Below, piece by piece: positions 11,893-22,037 of a DNA stretch of 64,000 bases; positions within the stretch are counted from its first letter, which is position 1, and each line of letters starts with the position of its first letter. The notes under the pieces were generated by a model. The model was not told where the DNA came from and ran no database searches. It was given only the letters and a program-made list of their open reading frames with translations. The translations under genes were made by a program, and so were the position numbers. Source of the stretch: a virus (lineage: Duplodnaviria > Caudoviricetes); the IMG/VR virus record IMGVR_UViG_3300021962_000097, positions 788-64,787 of that record, one strand, 5' to 3'.

Positions 11893-14800
11893 TTATGCGC
11901 TAGTGATATTTTGTTGTAGTAATGCTGTAGGATCAATTACAATGCCTCCAGATGCCTTTATAGTGCTAGATGTAATATTTGTAATAATTTCAATGTCATC
12001 TACCGAAGCACCATTTATAAACAACTGATCAGACTCAGATGATATTTCAAATAAACTACCAAATGTTAAGTTGCTTGACTTTGGTACAATAATAAAATTA
12101 GTAATTAATGGTGCTAGTCTGTTCATGACATACGTCGACATTTCTGAAAAATAGAATTTGTCTCCAAAGTCCCAATTTTCTAAGGCAAAAAATTCATTAA
12201 TCGCAGCTAACACGTTAGCCTTAATTTCATTATCGCTTGATACTTGTGCTGAATTTTTAACAACTTTGAATACAGCCTGTAGATCTTGAGATGCAGATGG
12301 TCCAAACAAAACTTTATATCTTACAGGATGGTAGATAATTTCATCGCTAATAGATTTAATTAAATTAAGTTTTGGTGCGAGTGTTTGATATAAACTATCT
12401 GAGCTAGGAGGTAAAGGTTCATAGTCTCTACTACCTGCTATCCATTGTCTAAATTGTATGTCATAAGTTTTACTTAAAACAAATATATCTATAATATTGC
12501 TTAATCCAGGATCAATCCTTGATTCATAATCTGCACTATGTACATATTGAAATTTAATTTTATCTCTACCTAAAAAGGCTTTATAATCTAAAGATACTAT
12601 AAACGTTCCTGTTGTAAGACTATATTTCTTAACAACATCTGTATCAATAAAATAAAAATATTGTCCATCAGTTTTTTCAATATTGAAAGCGTTGGGTTCA
12701 GATCTTAAAACAGTTACAATACTTCCGCTATTATCTACATATCTATAATCTTCTTGACCTTGTTCTATTGTATATTTTTCTTGGATAATATATTTTGATT
12801 TTAAAATTTCAGCATCAGTAACTGTAATTGCAGGAGGTGCTACTAATGTTAAAAACAAATCTGGACGATCAACAATACCGTCATCGTTTGAGTCAGCAAA
12901 AACTATTTCAATTTTTTTAGTATCTTTATATCCATCAAGCCCTTTATAGTCGTCGTTGATTTCCCATGTTACGTCTAAACTTAACGGATTAGTATCAGCT
13001 GGCTTAGTATTAATATTTAAAACATTAATTTTATCTTTAACTATTAAATTTGAAGTGCCGTCATAGACTTTATCAGTGCTATCAAAATAGAAACGAATTT
13101 TATTTTCACTTTCAAATATATAACGCATTAATCTACTGGTAACTGTGTATTTTTCAGTGTCAGTAGTAAACAGTAATAACCAACTAGAATCTAAATTTTG
13201 ATTAGTATTATCACCTTGTTTACCAAGGCTGAATTCTGACTTAGAATCTAAATTAGTTTCAAAAATAATTTCCCATGATGCTGTATCTATTGCATATCTT
13301 AAACCAAATGGTTTATTAGCAAAAATTAAATCTACCATTGTAAGAATTACATTAGAATCAATTACGGTTCTCCACTTTGGTATTACTTGACTTACACGAG
13401 CTGCAAGACCGTTTAACGGATCTCCGGGTACAACTTGATTTAAAACAACAGGTCCAAGTCCTGTTGAGGCTACAACTCCAGTATTATTTGCAGTTCCGTC
13501 ACCTGTAATTGAAACTACAGATGCCCATATTGAAGTAGAACCGTTTAATGGTATCCCAGTGTTAGGTATAATGTCTAACTCATTATTATTTTTAGTTTGA
13601 AAATACTTTCCTGTTGGAGCAACAAATTTTATAAGAGTACCAACTTGAATATACTTTAGATTACTAGTTGTATAAGATCCCAGTTTATACTTTGACTGAT
13701 CATCTGCAGACTCAAAATATCCTGTAGAATCATTTGTTTCTTTTGTAACTCTATGCCATAAGATGTTTAAATTGTCATACGGCAATACTGAATATTTCTC
13801 ATAGTAGAAATTTCTTAAATTTTTATTTTTTAAAGATTCTATAATTTGATTATAGACGATGCCTTCAATATCTGTTCTTGACAAATAGCTAAAACTAAAA
13901 GATTCTGTATAATTCTGTTTGTAAATTACACCATCATCTGCAAATAAATTTGTAGAACTATACTTTCCAGTAGGATCTTTTAAATCAAAATATCTACTAA
14001 TACCACTGCTAGTTCTATTCACAGCTTTAATTTTAACAACATCTTGATTAACACTTAGTGGACTTATATTATAGTCTTCACCTGTAATCATTCTATTTTG
14101 AGTATAATATGTAGCAGGCGCATTAGCCTTAATATTGTCATTACTTTCTGTTGCTGTAGAATTATTAACAGTAGTTTGAAGATTTAAAGTAATTGTAAGT
14201 GTTTCACGTTGTCCTACATTAGACACATAAGGAATATCTACACTGATACCTTTCATGTCCTTAGGATTAATTGTGTAAGTTAATCCGTTACTAGTTCTAT
14301 AATAGGTCCTAAAAGAACCTAAAGGTAAATTTCCAAACGTTCCGTCACTGAACACTAGACTTACACGGTCACCTACTCTACTAACTACTCCATAAATATT
14401 TTTTATGTTTTTCTTTAGACTGTTATAGATAACATTGTTACCTTCGAAACTTGGTACTTTAGCCCATTCTTCTGCTTCAAGACCATTTTTATCTAAACGA
14501 TGTAACCAAACATCTGTATCATTAATATTAATACCATCAATATCAATTGACTCGTTATTATTAGGCTGAGTAATACTAAAAGTACCTTGATTTAATGTTC
14601 CTTGACGGAAATGTAAAAAGAATCCCGAGTTAGGACTCGCTGCGCCTCGGCCATCATCTCTATACAAAAATGCTAGGTGATTTCCTACTCGCGGTGTTTC
14701 TTCATAGATATAATCTTCTCCAGAAAACACTGTAGATACTAACTCAAAGCTCATAGTCCTACCGTCAATTGCTTTGTTAAAAGCGTATACAGGTACATCA

Positions 14801-15381
14801 GTATTAACACCTTGAATACGATATTGCTCTGTCGGTATGCCATAAATTGTATCTTTCGCTTCTGGGCTCCCGTATTGATTAGATTGCGGTAGTGACGCAT
14901 TGACAATTTTAATAAACTGATCGTACCAATTACTGTTAGCAGGATCATTCCATACTACAAGTTGCCCTGCGATATTACGGCCGTTGCTATCTATAATTGC
15001 TTGAGTAGTTCTTACGCTGGCAAACTTTAATAGACCGTTTGCAGGTTGGTTGCGCTTGGCATTATAACTGAGTAGGCGTGCTAGTCTTAGAACACTTTCT
15101 CGACGTTCTGCAAGCTCTAAGAAGTTTTCACGAGCATTTAAGTCAACACGGAAAGCTATGCTTTGGCCCAAGAACGCAATAAGGTCAATAAGGGCAAGGT
15201 ATTCGCTTGATTCAATGTAGTCGTTGTAGTCTTCTGGGTAATTTTGACGAATGTAGGAGATCATTGTCCTACGTAGATTCTCAAAGTCGTAACTTTGGAA
15301 GTCAGCATTGCGGAAAGATTGGTATACTTTTTTCCAATCTTCTGCTACTAATAATCTATTTTGTCTATCTGTTGATGACAT
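11893..15381 (-). CDS. gp6: Baseplate wedge protein, T4 gp6-like
   Basis: N-terminal DFENLRRTMISYIR..PEDYNDYIESSE..LIDLIAF..ENFLELAERRESVLRLARLLSY and central ESNDNIKANAPATYYTQNRMITGEDY motifs are typical of the gp6/baseplate-J family; adjacent to gp25. Confidence 0.85.
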   Translation of the reverse strand: MSSTDRQNRLLVAEDWKKVYQSFRNADFQSYDFENLRRTMISYIRQNYPEDYNDYIESSEYLALIDLIAFLGQSIAFRVDLNARENFLELAERRESVLRLARLLSYNAKRNQPANGLLKFASVRTTQAIIDSNGRNIAGQLVVWNDPANSNWYDQFIKIVNASLPQSNQYGSPEAKDTIYGIPTEQYRIQGVNTDVPVYAFNKAIDGRTMSFELVSTVFSGEDYIYEETPRVGNHLAFLYRDDGRGAASPNSGFFLHFRQGTLNQGTFSITQPNNNESIDIDGININDTDVWLHRLDKNGLEAEEWAKVPSFEGNNVIYNSLKKNIKNIYGVVSRVGDRVSLVFSDGTFGNLPLGSFRTYYRTSNGLTYTINPKDMKGISVDIPYVSNVGQRETLTITLNLQTTVNNSTATESNDNIKANAPATYYTQNRMITGEDYNISPLSVNQDVVKIKAVNRTSSGISRYFDLKDPTGKYSSTNLFADDGVIYKQNYTESFSFSYLSRTDIEGIVYNQIIESLKNKNLRNFYYEKYSVLPYDNLNILWHRVTKETNDSTGYFESADDQSKYKLGSYTTSNLKYIQVGTLIKFVAPTGKYFQTKNNNELDIIPNTGIPLNGSTSIWASVVSITGDGTANNTGVVASTGLGPVVLNQVVPGDPLNGLAARVSQVIPKWRTVIDSNVILTMVDLIFANKPFGLRYAIDTASWEIIFETNLDSKSEFSLGKQGDNTNQNLDSSWLLLFTTDTEKYTVTSRLMRYIFESENKIRFYFDSTDKVYDGTSNLIVKDKINVLNINTKPADTNPLSLDVTWEINDDYKGLDGYKDTKKIEIVFADSNDDGIVDRPDLFLTLVAPPAITVTDAEILKSKYIIQEKYTIEQGQEDYRYVDNSGSIVTVLRSEPNAFNIEKTDGQYFYFIDTDVVKKYSLTTGTFIVSLDYKAFLGRDKIKFQYVHSADYESRIDPGLSNIIDIFVLSKTYDIQFRQWIAGSRDYEPLPPSSDSLYQTLAPKLNLIKSISDEIIYHPVRYKVLFGPSASQDLQAVFKVVKNSAQVSSDNEIKANVLAAINEFFALENWDFGDKFYFSEMSTYVMNRLAPLITNFIIVPKSSNLTFGSLFEISSESDQLFINGASVDDIEIITNITSSTIKASGGIVIDPTALLQQNITSA

Positions 15382-15399
15382 ACTTTTTCCTGTTTTTAA

Positions 15400-15405
15400 T
15401 ATTTA
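15400..15405 (-). promoter_or_regulatory. Putative late promoter (TAAATA) for the gp6-like and giant genes
   Basis: GATAAATA on the minus strand in a short intergenic gap, followed by AGGA RBS; resembles T4 late TATAAATA. Confidence 0.6.
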
Positions 15406-15428
15406 TCGGTTATCATTAACTACGTATT

Positions 15429-15875
15429 TTACTCTGCTAACAATCCGTTGCTTTGATCAAAAGAGAGCCTCATACTTTGACTAATATTATAGGGCAAGTA
15501 TGTTAGTACACATTCAATTTGTATGCCGCTTTCGTAAGCAGTAACTATGACTTGATCAGCTTTTATTCTAGGGTCGTAATTAATAATATCAGTGACGTTC
15601 TTTGTTATAACTTGTTTTAAATCTTCAGTTAAAGGTTCAAATAGTGCGTCCCATATAACTGTGCCAAATGTAGGATTCATTAGTCTTTCGCCTTGGCGAA
15701 CATGGAAATGATTTAGTAAATCTTGTTTGATCAACTCAAGATCGAACAAAGAAAAATTTTCGCTAGCAGAACTGATTGTACTAAACCCCTTGTATGTTTG
15801 AGTCCCTGGTAATTCAGTCTCTTGGTAAGGTGGAATTAACACAATTTTTTCATATAAGTTAGCGTTTGTAGTCAT
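15429..15875 (-). CDS. gp25: Baseplate wedge subunit, gp25-like
   Basis: DLELIKQDLLNHF..RQGERLMNPTFGTVIWDALFEP..YDPRI signature of the gp25/GPW family. Confidence 0.9.
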   Translation of the reverse strand: MTTNANLYEKIVLIPPYQETELPGTQTYKGFSTISSASENFSLFDLELIKQDLLNHFHVRQGERLMNPTFGTVIWDALFEPLTEDLKQVITKNVTDIINYDPRIKADQVIVTAYESGIQIECVLTYLPYNISQSMRLSFDQSNGLLAE

Positions 15876-15885
15876 AATTTAATCC

Positions 15886-17397
15886 TTATCTAGTAGTTGG
15901 CGGTTTAATTTTTTCAAAAGTATCAGTGGTTGTAGTGTACTTTTTCCATGCTGTGGGAGTTTCAATCACTGAAGTATTTTCTCTGCTAGTTTTCTCTGCT
16001 GTAAATTTTGCAGGATCTAGATTTTCATGATGCGGCCAAGGTTCATGTGTTGGTATACGTTTCATTATGCTGGTATAAGTTTGAGCATCTTTTTCATCTG
16101 GTAATTTAAAAGTGGTCATTTCTGTCAAAGAAGCTGCTGTAGCGGCCGACGGACCATTCATATGAATCTGACTAGCCGATTCAATGTGTTGTTCTCCACT
16201 CTTAATATTAGTATTTGCACTGGCTGTAAATTTATTTGCGCCAGTAGTATTAAGATCAAACCCTGCTTTACACGTAATTTTTCCGTTGGCTCCTACATAA
16301 ATCTCTGTGTTAGCCACAGATTCCATGCGAGTTTTACCTCCAGACTTAATGTTAATATTACGCACTGCTTCTAAGTTTATGTCTCTATCAGCTCTAAAAT
16401 TAATATCTTGTTTAGTATGCACACTTATGCTGTCCTCAGCATAGATATCAATCTTACCATTACTAGATAATTCTATCCAACTAGTTCCGCTAGCATTGCC
16501 GATATAAATCAAATCTTCACTGTTGTGTAAAAGAATTTGATGTCCTGTACGAGTACGAATTCTTACAAGTTCGTTGTGTGGAATGTCAGGTTGTCCTGTA
16601 GTTTCTTTGTTAGCAATACTAGCATATTCTGGAGGGCCTTCTTTAGCTGATTTTTTACGAAGGAATTTGTCATCTCCGTCGTCCATAACAAATGTAGTTC
16701 CCCCAAGCCTACTAATAAAAGCATTGACTTGCTTGTTAAGTTTTCCAACTTTACCTTTAGGTGCACCAGACCGTTTATCTATTGGTCCTGGAGTGCTTAT
16801 GCCAAATACAGAACTTGGTGTTTCTCTACGAGCACTACTAGTAGTAATACCTCTTATGTCATCATTGATTAATCCTTGAGTATTCAATTTTTCTGCAAGA
16901 GGATGTTGAGGTTTTTTAATTTTTGTTGTGTCTAATTCAGCAGTTCCTGCAAGTTTTTTATTGTATTCTGCTACAGGTGATCTAGTATAAGTACCTTCAA
17001 CATTATATTTTGTAGCAGCAACACCCGGAACCATAAAGTTTTGGTCGTTGTCTGATATGCAGCCGATCCAGAATCCACGTTTAGGATCGCCATCAATGAA
17101 AATTACAACTACTGTAGAGCCAACGTCAGGTGGTATAAACCACATACCGTAACTTTTTTGTGTGCCATTATAATCATTATTATTACTTGTGTAGTCTACG
17201 CTGGTTTGACCAGCAAAAGGACTCATATACTTTACTTGAAATAAGTTACCTTCTGCTCCGCTTTCATTACCAACAGGTCTCAATAGTTCCACTTGCAACC
17301 CGCCCATATAATTTGGATCAAGATGGCTGACAACTTTAGCTAAAAATGGTCCAGGTTGTGGTGTAGGTTGTTGCGTTGATCTAATTTCTTGTGCCAT
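15886..17397 (-). CDS. gp5: Baseplate central spike, gp5/VgrG-like (OB fold + beta-helix, no lysozyme domain)
   Basis: DP..MG.LQV..YGMWFIPPDVGSTVVVIF..GDP..GFWIG OB-fold motif; RTRTGHQILL..GTSWIELSSNGKIDI beta-helix repeats. Confidence 0.8.
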   Translation of the reverse strand: MAQEIRSTQQPTPQPGPFLAKVVSHLDPNYMGGLQVELLRPVGNESGAEGNLFQVKYMSPFAGQTSVDYTSNNNDYNGTQKSYGMWFIPPDVGSTVVVIFIDGDPKRGFWIGCISDNDQNFMVPGVAATKYNVEGTYTRSPVAEYNKKLAGTAELDTTKIKKPQHPLAEKLNTQGLINDDIRGITTSSARRETPSSVFGISTPGPIDKRSGAPKGKVGKLNKQVNAFISRLGGTTFVMDDGDDKFLRKKSAKEGPPEYASIANKETTGQPDIPHNELVRIRTRTGHQILLHNSEDLIYIGNASGTSWIELSSNGKIDIYAEDSISVHTKQDINFRADRDINLEAVRNINIKSGGKTRMESVANTEIYVGANGKITCKAGFDLNTTGANKFTASANTNIKSGEQHIESASQIHMNGPSAATAASLTEMTTFKLPDEKDAQTYTSIMKRIPTHEPWPHHENLDPAKFTAEKTSRENTSVIETPTAWKKYTTTTDTFEKIKPPTTR

Positions 17398-19856
17398 TAT
17401 GCGCCGCCTCTTGTTCCTCGGTCGCCGCCAGGAACGCCTTGGTATGATCTATTAGTGCTGTTGTCAACAGTAGTTGTGCCCGTTTCTGAACCTGCTGCAT
17501 TTATATTTGCTCTTAGACTTGCAGCATTAGTTGAAGGTCCAGGTGTTGGCGAATCTGTTGTTTCAGGATCTGCTTGGATTTCAGCGCCTGGAAATTTAGT
17601 AGCATAATCAGCTTTATTTTTCTCGTAGGCTTCTTGCATGCCTCTTCTGTTTAAATGTAGTGTTTGAATAAATTGTCCCTTACTGAACGAATGACTTATA
17701 GTGTTGATTTTAAATAAACCAGAATAATTAATAAGTGTTTTTGAATCTGCAAAATCATACATACCTGTGCTTTGATTTATGTCAATAGGAGTTCTAAAAT
17801 TAACAACAATATCAACTTCACTGGTTTGATAATCAATAGATCCGGTGTCATTTAAATTAATGAATCCTGTGTTAGATGGAGAACTATAATTTCCTAATCC
17901 ACTATCTCCAATATAATACGGATCTCCTATAATTTTAAGATCTACAGTGAGCATGTCAGCACCTTCTGTAACTGCTTCATAGAACTGTCTAGCAACCCTA
18001 GTTTCAATAGTTTCAGCACCGCCTCCACCTTGTCTATCAGTACTAGTTCCTGTGCTTACAGGCAGAACTTTTAGACCAGTACTGCCTACTATCGGATTTT
18101 TCTGTCCTTCAAGTGGCGGACTTTCTACATTTTCTCCATCTACAGTACTATTGTTTGCTTGTTCTTTTACGTCTTGACTTTGATTGTTATTAGTAGCAGT
18201 AAATTTTGAATAAAATCCGCTTTTGATTTCTATATTAAAGTCTAGTATGTCTAAATTTTTTCCTGTATAGATGTAATTGTACTCTTTAATGGCTTGTCTT
18301 TTAAGGTTATCGAATCCAGGCGCAGGTGTATTTGGAGGCATAAACTTGCCAGAATGTACTCTATAAGGTACAACTCTGTAGACTACAAGTCTTGGCTTAG
18401 TGCCAGTCTTGGTATAATTTTCTTCGCTGGGTATTTGATAAAATTCAGTATCGATACGCCACCAAGGAATCATTCCATTATCATCAATTTGTTCTTTTTT
18501 AAGTGCTTGTCTTGCATAGTCACTTTGTAGAATAACTTGATTGATTGCATTAATAATATCACCGCTCTGCTTAAACTGAAGATTTCCAGTATTAATATCT
18601 ATAGGCTGAGCTATCCAAGTATCTGTTTCTTCGTCGTATACTTGCTCTTCTTTAGGATACGGTGCGTCTCCTTTTTTAACAATACTATAGCCCATACTAC
18701 TGGCACCAATAGCATTACAGTTATTAGGATCTTGAACAAGATTAGTTACTGTACCAATATTTGTTTCTACAACACCTAATTTTTGAAACAGTGTATTGTT
18801 ATTTGCAGTGTTACTAGGATTGGCTGTAGCAGTAGCGGTATTTTCTTTCTGATTAGGTCCAGAATTAGATGTAGAAGACGAGCTGGCAATTTCCATAGGA
18901 AATAAAATTACAATTTGATCTGCTACATTGATTGTACCATCTTTAACTTGAAGTTGTTGAAAATCGTTGAGAACTTTCTGTAGACTATTTTCGCCAGTTT
19001 GTAAAACTTCTTGAACTGTTTTTCCGCTTATGCTAACATCTGATTTTAATTTAGTGTATCTATCAGAATGAGCACCATCATTCCAAGCTATAGCTTCAAT
19101 TTTATATGTAGATCCTTTGCCCGTGACATGCATGTCTATGGTTTGAAATTTAAAAGGAATAAATTTTTTAAATTGAGGAAGATCAATTACTTCGTTTTGT
19201 TCTGTAAACCCTTTAAATTCTATTGTTAATAAGAAAGGTGCTTCATTATATCCATTATGACCAGAACGTTCACAAGCAACTGCAATGGATTGAATAAACA
19301 TTCCCATTGAATAAGGCTCTGTTACTTCAAATGACATAGTAGTAGCACTGGTATTTTGAGTAGTCTTGTCCCACCCATAGATACTATCCATGTTAAAATT
19401 ATCTATAAAAAAGTCAAACTGTCCATACTCTGTTTGTATTCTATTATATGGATCTCCATTGGCACTCTTACAAATGATTGTTTTAGGTCCAGTGGCTCTA
19501 TAGGTTGAATCAGGAAAATTTATTTCTTCGTCACTAAGAGTTGACAGCGTAAAAATATAAGTGTAACTAGCAAAAACATTAAGCACATTAGGATACGGAG
19601 GAAGAGCATCTACTGAAGTAGTGGCAGCTCTCATAGAAGGTGCTTTTAATAACTTACTAATATCAACATTGAAAGCTCCAAGAGGATCTTTTATAAAATT
19701 AGAAACTTGTCCTGGCAATTTATTAGCAGCAACTTGAAGTTGCGCTGTAGATTGAGGAAAATTAGCTGCTAGGTCTTTAGCTAGTCCAGCGCTATTAAGT
19801 TTATTAGTAGCTTTAGTGACTAGATTAGTGGCTGTCTCTTTTAGATCAAATGGCAT
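17397..19856 (-). CDS. Probable baseplate hub protein (gp27/GpD-like)
   Basis: 819 aa between the spike and gp53; C-terminal LKIIGDPYYI..YSGLFKINTISHSFSKGQFIQTLHL resembles hub-family termini. Confidence 0.55.
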   Translation of the reverse strand: MPFDLKETATNLVTKATNKLNSAGLAKDLAANFPQSTAQLQVAANKLPGQVSNFIKDPLGAFNVDISKLLKAPSMRAATTSVDALPPYPNVLNVFASYTYIFTLSTLSDEEINFPDSTYRATGPKTIICKSANGDPYNRIQTEYGQFDFFIDNFNMDSIYGWDKTTQNTSATTMSFEVTEPYSMGMFIQSIAVACERSGHNGYNEAPFLLTIEFKGFTEQNEVIDLPQFKKFIPFKFQTIDMHVTGKGSTYKIEAIAWNDGAHSDRYTKLKSDVSISGKTVQEVLQTGENSLQKVLNDFQQLQVKDGTINVADQIVILFPMEIASSSSTSNSGPNQKENTATATANPSNTANNNTLFQKLGVVETNIGTVTNLVQDPNNCNAIGASSMGYSIVKKGDAPYPKEEQVYDEETDTWIAQPIDINTGNLQFKQSGDIINAINQVILQSDYARQALKKEQIDDNGMIPWWRIDTEFYQIPSEENYTKTGTKPRLVVYRVVPYRVHSGKFMPPNTPAPGFDNLKRQAIKEYNYIYTGKNLDILDFNIEIKSGFYSKFTATNNNQSQDVKEQANNSTVDGENVESPPLEGQKNPIVGSTGLKVLPVSTGTSTDRQGGGGAETIETRVARQFYEAVTEGADMLTVDLKIIGDPYYIGDSGLGNYSSPSNTGFINLNDTGSIDYQTSEVDIVVNFRTPIDINQSTGMYDFADSKTLINYSGLFKINTISHSFSKGQFIQTLHLNRRGMQEAYEKNKADYATKFPGAEIQADPETTDSPTPGPSTNAASLRANINAAGSETGTTTVDNSTNRSYQGVPGGDRGTRGGA

Positions 19857-19859
19857 ATA

Positions 19860-20159
19860 TTATAATCCTAAAATTGTTTTCAAACTATTACCTTTAGGAA
19901 TATAAATTTGTGTGCCAGGGATAAAATCAAATACTGGATCTTGGAGGACATCTAAATTTCGTTGGATGAAAACCCACCAAAGAGCAGAATCACCATATAG
20001 ATCATATGCTAACAGGTCTGGACGATAGGTGTACTGGGCTTCTATGGTGTATAAAAAATCGTCAGGCTCTGCGGAAACTGTTCGTATAGATAAAATATCT
20101 AAATAATCATCTTTAACTTTGGTGTTAAACCAAGGACTTTTTGCTGTGTATTTGGCCAT
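19860..20159 (-). CDS. gp53: Baseplate wedge protein, gp53/LysM-like
   Basis: RPDLLAYDLYGDSALWWVF..N..F.PGTQIYIP motif. Confidence 0.8.
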   Translation of the reverse strand: MAKYTAKSPWFNTKVKDDYLDILSIRTVSAEPDDFLYTIEAQYTYRPDLLAYDLYGDSALWWVFIQRNLDVLQDPVFDFIPGTQIYIPKGNSLKTILGL

Positions 20160-21136
20160 TATACGTATCCCGATCCCGAACTTGTCATGTAATCTCCATT
20201 GACAAATTTTTGTAGGCTAAATGTTCTAACACTTTCTCTACTATAGATAGGCTGTAGGCTAATAGTAAAACTACTTTTAGTTGGTACATGACTACCGCCT
20301 TGAGCGCCGCCATTAGAAGAAAGTGCAGCATTTAAAAAGCTAGATCCTGCTCCAATAGCTGCACTTAAATTCTGTGCCCCTGGTATATTGCTTATTAGAT
20401 TACTAAGCTGTCCGCCGGCACCAGATGCACTTGATATTGTAGAAATATAATCAGACCCGGCATCTAATGAAACTTGAAAATTAGTAACAACTACCGGAAC
20501 ATTTTTAAACACATATTCACCATAACCATTTAAAGACAGTATAGGAGGAGGATTGCCCGCTGGGCTAGATTCTCCGCTGAACATTTTTGTAACTGATCTT
20601 AAAAAATGTAATGCAGCTATCCAGTATTGTGCCTGTACAGCATCTTCAACATTCATAGGAGCTATTATTGATATTGCATCTGGTTGACTGCTTTGATATG
20701 TTTGAAATGGATAGTTATTATGTACTGGATCTAGTCCGGCATATCTAGCCGTTGATCCTAGAGTAATTTGAGGAGTATAAGGAAATACAAGGCCTCCTGC
20801 GGCTTTCAATGGTGCAAACACTGCACTAGAATCAAAAATTGTTCCGCCTGGTACACTTAGTCTAACACGCCAATCACTATTCGCATCGGATCCGCCAAAC
20901 ATAGCCGATGCTCCTGTAATTTTTCCTATAACGTTTCCGCCAGCAGGAAGATTAACACTTCGAATTTTGCTGATTAAATTGGCTGGATTAGCTAAATTAC
21001 TAAGTGCAGAACTAAGTTGCATGCCTACATTAGAACTGGTGCCTAGTTGGCCAAAGGCCGCTTGTGCATTCGACCCATTAGATTGTGATCTTCCTATGAT
21101 GGTGTTTATGCCCGCGCCTAAATCAAAATTTGCCAT
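20159..21136 (-). CDS. Tail-tube initiator/baseplate protein (gp48/gp54-like)
   Basis: GLVFPYTP..PPPILSLNGYGEYVFKNVPVVVTNF tube-fold-like motifs; first gene of the baseplate operon, GGAG RBS. Confidence 0.55.
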   Translation of the reverse strand: MANFDLGAGINTIIGRSQSNGSNAQAAFGQLGTSSNVGMQLSSALSNLANPANLISKIRSVNLPAGGNVIGKITGASAMFGGSDANSDWRVRLSVPGGTIFDSSAVFAPLKAAGGLVFPYTPQITLGSTARYAGLDPVHNNYPFQTYQSSQPDAISIIAPMNVEDAVQAQYWIAALHFLRSVTKMFSGESSPAGNPPPILSLNGYGEYVFKNVPVVVTNFQVSLDAGSDYISTISSASGAGGQLSNLISNIPGAQNLSAAIGAGSSFLNAALSSNGGAQGGSHVPTKSSFTISLQPIYSRESVRTFSLQKFVNGDYMTSSGSGYV

Positions 21137-21155
21137 TTGAGTATCTCCTATACTC

Positions 21156-21161
21156 TATTTA
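21156..21161 (-). promoter_or_regulatory. Putative late promoter (TAAATA) driving the baseplate operon
   Basis: AATAAATA on the minus strand ~20 nt upstream of the 21136 start. Confidence 0.6.
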
Positions 21162-21162
21162 T

Positions 21163-21191
21163 TTGACAAAATTATCAGAGTAGTTTATAAT
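21163..21191 (+). promoter_or_regulatory. Consensus sigma70 promoter for the gp55-47-46 operon
   Basis: TTGACA (21163-21168), 17-nt spacer, TATAAT (21186-21191); AAGGA RBS follows. Confidence 0.9.
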
Positions 21192-21212
21192 TCTACATAA
21201 GGATCCCATAGA

Positions 21213-22037
21213 ATGACTAAAGTCAATTACTTAAACAATAAAGATATATTAGAAGAAATACACCGCTCAAAAAATACGTATTCAAGCTATACAAAGCCAG
21301 AATACAGTCGCTACGATCTTATACTGCCCAGTGTAGATAAGATCAATATACGTACTATAGCGGAAGCAAAACGAGCAAGAGCCAAACGACTTGGACATCA
21401 AGAGTATGATCGAAGAAAATCTGCTGGCGAGAAAGTCAAACAAGCAGACTGCGAAGTTGACTATAAGAAGATTGCCAAAACAGACGTTGTGTTTAGAATT
21501 ATGACCTTTGATCATATACCATTAAACAATGTTAGAAAGCGTAATCCAAAGACCGTAGCAGACGGGCGTGATAAAGTTAACTTTCCTCCATACCAACATT
21601 GGAAATTTAATGAAGAAGATGAGCTAGTTTGTGTGGGTAAAAGTCATTGGAAGGGCGATGTTGACACAGGATCTTTTAATAAAGACCACGGTCAGATAAC
21701 AAATACTCTAGCACGTATGTTTATCAAACTCTGCGAACGCTATGCTACCCGAGGTAATGTTAGAGGCTACACCTATAATGATGAAATGCGGGGACAGGCT
21801 ATTCTACAGTTAACACAGATCGGTCTACAATTTGATGAATCAAAGTCAGATAACCCGTTTGCCTACTACACTGCGGCAGTTACTAACAGTTTTGTAAGAA
21901 TTATTAACATAGAAAAACGTAATCAAGGCATTAGAGACGACATATTAGAAATTAACGGTATGAATCCTAGCTACTCTAGAACTAACAGTGGAGAGTACGA
22001 AGCTGGTCTAAGTAGATTTAACGAAGGTACTGAATGA
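21213..22037 (+). CDS. gp55: Late-transcription sigma factor, gp55-like
   Basis: NYLNNKDIL N-terminus; YTYNDEM..FDESKSDNPFAYYT..NSF.RII..EK C-terminal motif; upstream of gp47/gp46 as in T4-like phages. Confidence 0.85.
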   Translation: MTKVNYLNNKDILEEIHRSKNTYSSYTKPEYSRYDLILPSVDKINIRTIAEAKRARAKRLGHQEYDRRKSAGEKVKQADCEVDYKKIAKTDVVFRIMTFDHIPLNNVRKRNPKTVADGRDKVNFPPYQHWKFNEEDELVCVGKSHWKGDVDTGSFNKDHGQITNTLARMFIKLCERYATRGNVRGYTYNDEMRGQAILQLTQIGLQFDESKSDNPFAYYTAAVTNSFVRIINIEKRNQGIRDDILEINGMNPSYSRTNSGEYEAGLSRFNEGTE

